Shown: piece by piece, positions 56,785 through 64,000 of the stretch | How positions within the stretch are numbered: position 1 is the stretch's first letter | How the letters are laid out: every line of letters starts with the position of its first letter | Assembly (NCBI RefSeq): GCF_006345805.1 | Contig: NC_043001.1 | Coordinates: 85,188,001-85,252,000 of the forward strand | Direction: 5' to 3' | DNA from: Octopus sinensis | Lineage: Eukaryota | Length of the DNA: 64,000 nt | Position numbers and translations under genes: made by a program | The notes under the pieces: model-generated | The model's input: the letters and a program-made list of their open reading frames with translations, nothing else | Database searches by the model: none | What the model was told of the DNA's origin: nothing

Positions 56785-56910
56785 TGTTAAATAAAATGAG
56801 ACGATATAACCAAGGCTGTGTGGAATTTATAGAACGTTTGTACCTTTCTCTATAAAAATGTCCTTTAAATTCCACATAGCCTTGGTTTCGTTGTCTCATT
56901 GTATTTAACA
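56785..56910. repeat. 126-bp imperfect palindrome with 58-bp arms
   Basis: Arms align without gaps, 48/58 identical by hand count, ~10-nt loop. Confidence 0.85.
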
Positions 56911-58313
56911 TATAAATGCACAAAGAAGACCCGCTTTAGACTCCTCACTCGTATTATTATCGAACCGAGAATCAAACTACCGTCCTCCCGTGGCACTTAC
57001 ATAGCCTTACCGGCCATCTTGGATCTTTTGGATACCAATACCTCTCATACACACACACACAAACACATACACACACACACACACATTTGCTTAAATTTTA
57101 TCTGTAATCTGTATTCCGAAGCAGAAACGTTAGGGAAATCTTGATGTACAGTTAAATAACAACGCAACCGATCTGCAGTTGAATCCTCGTCGTATTCACG
57201 GGACAAGTCCCTCTTTTGCTCGATATACCTACGAAGAGCTTTTTTCTAGTTTAGAGCATGTTCAAACTATAGCACTGTAAGAAAGTATCTGGAACATATT
57301 GCGGACGTGTGTGTGTATGTGTGTACGCGAGTGTGAGTGTGTGCATGTATGCGCATATGCATTTTTTACCCATTGTCTATTGATTTATCTATCAATTTTT
57401 GCAAATGACACCATATATTTCAAAAGCATGGAAGGCATGTATTGGAATTTTTTTTATCATATTTGCAAGTAATTATTTTCAATATGTTGTGTCATCAACT
57501 GCATTGACTCTCTTTCTTCTCACTTTAAATGATTACTGATACTTGTAACCTCTTTTTCAACTAATAATGTACCTGGAAATCGTGTGAAACAAAAGAACAA
57601 AGCATTTTCATCCGTTAACTTGACCGACCAGCGTCACAGGTGAAAATTAGCTGGACAATCAATTCTCTTAATGGTGAATGGTTGGCTTTTAATGAACAAC
57701 GCTTCAAGGCTGAAATTAATGACCGTTCTGTCATGACATGGATGACCTTTGCTAAACTGAGACAAACATATGTGTATATATGCTCATACATACGTATGAA
57801 GTTAATTACACAGTCACATACAAATATATAGGCATTTTCTCCATACTATCTCTCTATCTATATATCTGTCCGTCTACCTTTCTATTTATCTATCTGTGTG
57901 TCTGTATCTCTACATGTCTGTCTATCTCTCTCGACGTATATATATGCGTGTACGTCTGCCTGTGTGTGTATGTGTATATGTGTGCGTGTAGAACGGTGAT
58001 TTGCAACTAAGAAGATAATAGTAATTGCCATCGATGTATGCTGATCTGACATATGTGTCAAAGAGGCATGTCTTAGTTTCTTCTCTTGAAAAGTGCCGAA
58101 GCATACTGGCAAAGTATTGTGTATTAACAAAACTATCAAGCTGACCATCTATAGCAACACCGACGTTAATATCAAACACATCAAAATCGTCGACAAAGAG
58201 CAAAAGTCTCGGAGACTGCAGCCACGTCAACATCGAAAATATTAAAAATTCTCCTGTGAACAATTGATATCAAATCCATTAAATATTCTTAAACGACCAT
58301 AAATACTGACAAA

Positions 58314-58348
58314 AATAAAAGAAATAACTTATCGAAGCAATTTCAGTT
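58314..58348 (+). promoter_or_regulatory. Candidate core promoter of S-crystallin gene 2
   Basis: TATA-variant AATAAAAG at 58314-58321 starts 31 nt upstream of the A in an initiator-like TCAGTT (58343-58348). The ATG follows 42 nt after that A. The same TTTCAG could instead be a splice acceptor. Confidence 0.45.
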
Positions 58349-58386
58349 GTGTGAAGATTACAGCAACAATACCAACAATATCAACT

Positions 58387-58519
58387 ATGCCGTCTTATAC
58401 GATTCACTACTTCAACCATCGTGGCCGTGCTGAAGTATGCCGTATGCTTTTAGCAGCTGCTGGCGTCAAGTACAATGACCGCAGGATCGAATCTTCAGAA
58501 TGGGCTGTCATGAGAGAAC
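58387..58519 (+). CDS. S-crystallin gene 2, first coding exon ([44 protein letters not shown])
   Basis: Sigma-GST/S-crystallin N-terminus ([20 protein letters not shown]). 133 nt then GT at 58520, a phase-1 intron at the position I expect for sigma-class GST genes. I found no exon 2 in the remaining 5.5 kb. Confidence 0.95.
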
Positions 58520-58754
58520 GTTCGTAAATATATATATATTTTTTATCTTTCACTTGCTTTAATCATCAAACTAAGGTCGTGCAGGGGTACTGACTTGAAG
58601 AAATGTTTTGTACTTACTTGTTATCGTTTTTTTTTTTTTGCCAAACCGCTACGTTAAATGGACATAAACACAATACCGTTCGTCGAGTGTTAGTGCGTAA
58701 CACACACACTCACACACACACAAATACACAGAGACACACAGACACACACAGACA

Positions 58755-58807
<53 letters not shown>

Positions 58808-58949
58808 TACATACTTCATTAATAAAGTTGTAAAGACATCACAAAAACTTTTGTGATGTCTGCAGCGTCATTAACAAAGCATAGTACTCTACTTCGGTAT
58901 TCGAGTACTATTTTCCCCACCTTGTTTCACACTTATGTGCTTACTCCAG

Positions 58950-58986
<37 letters not shown>

Positions 58987-59389
58987 ATATACACACGACT
59001 AGCTTCACTCAATTTCCGTCTACCAAATCTAGACTAGGTCGGCCCGAGGCTATAGCAGAAGACGCATGCCCAAGGAGACACGTGGTGTGACTGAACCCAG
59101 AACCATATGGCTGCTTCTCAAGCACTTACCACACACCCACATCTACACTTCGGTTTCCATACAGCTTCCGTTCGCCAAATTCGCCGCAACGCGGTATTAG
59201 TCAACACGGCGCTATTGTAGAAACCATACGCCCAAGATGTTGTGCAATGGTACTGAAGCCGAACTCACGTAGTGACAAAGCGAGCTACTTAACAACACAC
59301 TCATGCTTCCTCTTTACTATTAACTATTTTTAAAAATATAATTTCACATCTTAGAGCTCTTGATTTCAGTTGCTCCTGTCAATTCTTTA

Positions 59390-60452
59390 ACAGCGGACAG
59401 CAACCTATTGTCGAGTGCCTCACAAGACCTGTTTCCACGATACTTGAAATTAAAGTATCAAGCAATCTCAAAATCCTTGATGTCCCCAATAGAGCTTTCT
59501 TTGTATATGTTCTAACGTATTGTCAATTTCAATTTCGCCGACATATTTCTCAAACCTAGTTGTTAGTGCTCCAAGTGCTACAACTTCTGGAATGACCGTT
59601 ACTTTCTTCATTGTCCACATTCGTACAATTTCATCTCATAGTAACTTGTAACTTTCCAGCTTTTCCAGTTTTTGTCACCCACGTATGCGTCCCATGATAT
59701 GGTAGTCTATGATCGTAGTTTCTTTCTTTTGTACTCACTACAACAATGTCACATTCCCTATTTTTAATCCCTGAGTCACACTGGTTTGTAAAATCTCATA
59801 TCTTGCGTTCATTTTTCTCGGTAATACCTTCGGGTTTGTGTTTGAACCATTTAAGTGTCTTTCAAGACCTTACTTCTCACATGGTCTTCAATGAACATAC
59901 TTAACCACGTTATCGTGCATTCTCTAGTATCCCTTTTGGGTCAGTTAGCTACACTTACTCACAATATGTGGCATTATTTCATTTTTGCTGACATACATCC
60001 TACAAAAGAGCGATTCACAGCTCTTACCTATTTGGAACTTGGTGTAATTAGTTCTTAATGCATCATCGCATCAGTGCAACTTTTGAGATCACTTTTCCAT
60101 AGCCACATCCAGGTGTTGGTCTTGTCTTTCTTTTCCATTTCCCTGAGGTTATTGCCAATGCATCGTTTTCATTTTCCAGTTGTTTAAACTTTGTTCTCCA
60201 TCTTCATCTTAAATGTGTTTGTGTGTGTCACATTTTCACTATGTACCATGTTATTATTTCTGAAAGCAACAAACACAGGTTTAAATAGCTGTTTGACGTA
60301 CCATCCCAAACTGATTTCCTCATTGACAACACCGATCTTACATCCTATGAGACCTCATTCTCCCGTATATCTAGGCACATACAGTTTATCTCAATCGCTT
60401 TTAGGGTGTAGTCCCTTGTTCATTGTCATCATTTTCCTGATTTTTCTAGCCA
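59390..60452 (-). mobile_element. R4/Dong-like fragment in the intron of gene 2
   Basis: RKMMTMNKGLHPKSD, TWMWLWKSDLK and a decayed RLE region. Abuts (TTA)n. Confidence 0.78.
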
Positions 60453-60480
60453 TTGTTATTATCATTATTATTATTATTAA

Positions 60481-60558
<78 letters not shown>

Positions 60559-60593
60559 CATCATCATCATCATTGTTATTATTACTATCATTA

Positions 60594-61125
60594 AGGCGGT
60601 GAGCTGGCCGAAACGTCAGCACGCCGGGCGAGATGCTTAGCAGTATTTCATCCGCCGCTACGTTCTAAGTTCAAATTCCGCCGAGGTCAACTTTGCCTTT
60701 CATCCTTTCGGGGTCGATAAATAAAGTACCAGTTTCGCACTGGGGTCGATATAATCGACTTAATCCGTTTGTCTATCCTCTCTGTGTTTAGCCCCTTGTG
60801 GGTAGTAAAGAAATAAGTATTTCGTCCGCCGTTACGTTCAGAGTTCAAATTCCGCCGGGGTTGACTTTCATCCTTTCGGGGTCGATTAAATAAGTACCAG
60901 TTACGTGCTGGTGTCGATATAATCGACTTAATCTATTTGTCTGTCCTTGTTTGTCCTTTCTGTGTTTAGCGCCTTGTGGGTAGTAAAGTTCTGAGTTCAA
61001 ATTCCACCCAGGTTGACTTTACCATTCATCCTTCGGGGTCGATTAATTAAGTCTCAATCGAATACTGTAATCGACTCATTCCATCCCCACCAAATAGCTG
61101 TCCTTCTGGCAAAATTTGAAACCAT
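60594..61125 (+). mobile_element. SINE family B, trimeric copy
   Basis: Three AGTTCAAATTCC cores at ~60668, ~60842 and ~60994. Confidence 0.85.
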
Positions 61126-61172
61126 TCTTCTTCTTCTTCTTCTTCTTCTTCTTCTTCTTCTTCTTCTCTTCT

Positions 61173-61207
<35 letters not shown>

Positions 61208-61232
61208 TTCCTCTTCTTCTTCTTCCTCTTCT

Positions 61233-61264
<32 letters not shown>

Positions 61265-61282
61265 TTCTTCTTCTTCTTTTTC

Positions 61283-61329
<47 letters not shown>

Positions 61330-61759
61330 GTGTGAGATAGCAGTGCATGCCATCAAAGTGACACTGGTGTAGAATATACGAAGCCCAGTATACCCAACAT
61401 GCCTACTCGTCTGATAAGTGTACACCAGACACATGCATCACAACCATATGTGCGTAACATGGTGATATCATATCAAGATGAACAGCGAATGAACTGGCAG
61501 GTGGGAGCCTAGTTAGAATTTTCTTCATGTCGAGTAGACCATCCCGCTCAAAAGGTCCCTAAATAAGGGTTGTTTAAGACTGTTGAACGAAACATCCGTG
61601 TTTGCGAAGGTGATTAATCCAAACACCAAAGAATTCCTCTTAACACATAGCTATGATGCTCCCCCACGACTCCTGCTCGTGATCAGAGATGCACATAACG
61701 TCAGCCACTAAGGGGCATGCTTAACTGGTTAAAGTCAAACAACTGACAAGCAAATCTGT
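61330..61759 (-). mobile_element. ~555-bp (TAA)n-associated non-coding element, copy 3 (5'-truncated)
   Basis: Reverse complement of ~23955-24382. The 3' end runs into (TTA)n. Confidence 0.82.
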
Positions 61760-61789
61760 AACATTACTACTACTACTACTATACTACTA

Positions 61790-63490
61790 CTGGTTAAATT
61801 GCTCGGGGTCTGATTTGGTCCGAACCTCCAGGTGGATAAGTATTGGGAGGCGGTAACGAGCAGGGTAGCCAATCTCACTCAGAAATGGGTAGAGAGGTAA
61901 CAGTCTCTGAAGGGTCGGGCGGAGGTGGCGCATCATCATCTAGTACCGCCTGACCATCGTTCCTTGCTCCGCTTCTTGGCTGATCTAGGCTGGTCGCTTG
62001 CTTTTCTGATTTCTTATCGGTGGGCAGGTGTGGTCGCCGTTTGTCATACAGGATATTCCGCAGTTCGTCCTATTGACGGAACTATATTCCTGGATCAAGC
62101 TTAGACTCAAAAAGGGCGATTGGCACCTGGAGTATCATCAAGTGCTCACAGCTTTCTGCTACTCAGGCAAAGTGTTCAGTGGATATTCCACCATGGAGTA
62201 CTCTAGGGGATTAATGAAGGGAAAGAGTGACGACATCATCGTGGAAACTCTGGGCATCGACAGGGATCAATAAACTGGTCTTTTCCGGACGACGTTCGGG
62301 TCCAGGCCTATAAATAACTTCCAGGAATCTCTGACGTGGCAGTGCAACCGGGGTGCTCTACCGGTCCGAGACAAGCTATAGAGACACGGAAATTCTATCA
62401 GACTGACCTGTACAGGTGTATGCAGCCAGATGAAACCGTCCTGTACGCATTCGTCCAATGTCCGTCCTTTACTGATTTGTGGAGCTTTTTCGAACAGCTG
62501 TTGTCGTATGTAGGACAGATCTAGTTATAACCCGAGTCTATCGAGAAGATCGCTCCATCACCTTCCGCTGGCCGGGAAGGGAAGGCAGTTTTCCTCTGTC
62601 TAGGGGCTATTGCGAAGGAGGTAGTGTTACGGACGAGATTGAATGTACTGAAGACATGTACTTACCTCATCGACCTTTTCAAGTTCCACTTGATAAGAAA
62701 AGTGAGAGTAGAGAGGGAAGTTCATCACCGACCCCCACACTCACCAGTAGGGTGGGTGAATGTGGCGAGGATGGCCCGGGCGAATGAGCTTATTCTGCAC
62801 TTTCGTTTGTAAACGTGAGAAGCTGTGAGAGGCGCCAGCTGAGATGCATCTGGCGGTGGGATTAACCAGAATATGTGGGGTTCCTCGGTTGTCCCTGTGA
62901 GGAATTCCCCCTTTTGAGGAATTTAATTGTTTAATTGTATTGCTACTCTTTTAAACTCCCTTTTACTTGTTTCAGTCATTTGACTGTGTCCACGCCGGGG
63001 CACCGCTTTTAGTCTAGCAAATCGACCCCAGGACTTATTCTTTGTAAGCCTAGTACTTATTCTATCGGTCGCTTTGCCAAACCGCTAAGTTACGGGGACG
63101 TAAACATACCAGCATCGGTTGTGAAGCGATGTTGGGGGGACAAACACGCACAAACATACACACACACACACTCACACACACTCACACACATATATATACA
63201 TACATATATACGACGGGCTTCTTTCAGTTTCCGTCTACCAAATCTACTCAGAAGGCTTTGGTCGGGCCGAGGCTAAACTAGAAGACAGTTGCCCAAGGTG
63301 CCACGTAGTGGGACTGAACCTGGAATCACGTGGTTGGTTAGCAAGCTACTTACCACACAGCCACTCCTACGCCTATGTTGTTATTGTTATTTTATTGTTT
63401 ACTCGATTTTTGTGTTAAACCCCAAGTGTCAGTAGTTTTGTACGCTCTATTTATCTTGTATTCGGCCGTTGTGCCCATTAAACAAATGAT
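61790..63490 (+). mobile_element. Tx1/L1-like LINE 3' portion, degenerate, with a SINE in its 3' UTR
   Basis: KLLGV*FGP..WEAV..RV....KW..R..SLKGR and zf-RVT-like W...RGALPV..KL...C..C..PDETVLYAFVQC. The 3' UTR matches 21393-21600 on both sides of the SINE. Confidence 0.75.
62955..63374 (-). mobile_element. SINE family A, full-length copy
   Basis: Reverse-complement homologue of 2144-2482, with an AGGCGTAGGAGTGGCTGTGTGG head. Confidence 0.87.
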
Positions 63491-63928
63491 TACTATTATT
63501 ATTACTAGCAGGACTCGTGAATATTTCACGGAATTAATGGTAAACTTATTGCATTATTTCTGAAAGCACAGCCTATGTTGTCTCTGTATCAAAAGATAGT
63601 CGCTCATCTGCTAATTATTGAAAACTGAAGGAAATTGAAATACGATGATTATTTAATGCACTTTATATATACAATTTATATACTTGATTTATATACTTTA
63701 TTTATATACTCTCACTCTTAGCCTTACCCTCTTTTTTGCCTCCTTTTTCTTTCGCCTTTCCCTTCAACTATCGTGAAAGCGTTATAGGTAAGCTAAATAA
63801 CGAAGAACACCTTAGTTCAAAAGAAAATTACGCATTTCACCCACCACTTCTCCTTCTCCTCACCTCCCCTCCTCTCCCGGTCCCATTCCTCCCCTCCATC
63901 CACCTTCAACTAATCATCATCATCATCA

Positions 63929-63983
<55 letters not shown>

Positions 63984-64000
63984 CATCGTTGTTTTTGTTG

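Noticed and set aside
58520-64000. Search for exon 2 of S-crystallin gene 2 (expected MP...MPML...QS.A.ARYLAREF)
   Set aside because: Not found by eye. It probably lies beyond the window, so its absence is not evidence of a pseudogene.

Overview
AT-rich, microsatellite-dense animal genomic DNA, most likely an octopus (coleoid cephalopod), judged from the proteins and repeat types. The only host genes I can support are two tandem, same-strand S-crystallin (sigma-class GST-derived lens crystallin) genes, and none of their exons appears in the supplied ORF track. Gene 1 contributes its last three exons: a 30-nt loop microexon (516-545), 1806-1913, and 3804-3968 with stop codon and poly(A) signal. 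Gene 2 contributes a candidate core promoter and first coding exon (58387-58519). The ~54 kb between the genes and the introns are filled with transposon debris. This includes many R4/Dong-like RLE non-LTR retrotransposon copies, most of them next to (TAA)n tracts, and a ~555-bp non-coding element with the same target. It also includes Tx1/L1-like, RTE and Penelope fragments, a near-complete IR-DR Tc1 element, mariner and maT relics, several MITEs and three tRNA-derived SINE families. Most listed ORFs are microsatellite artefacts. Family assignments come from motif recognition by eye, with no database search.
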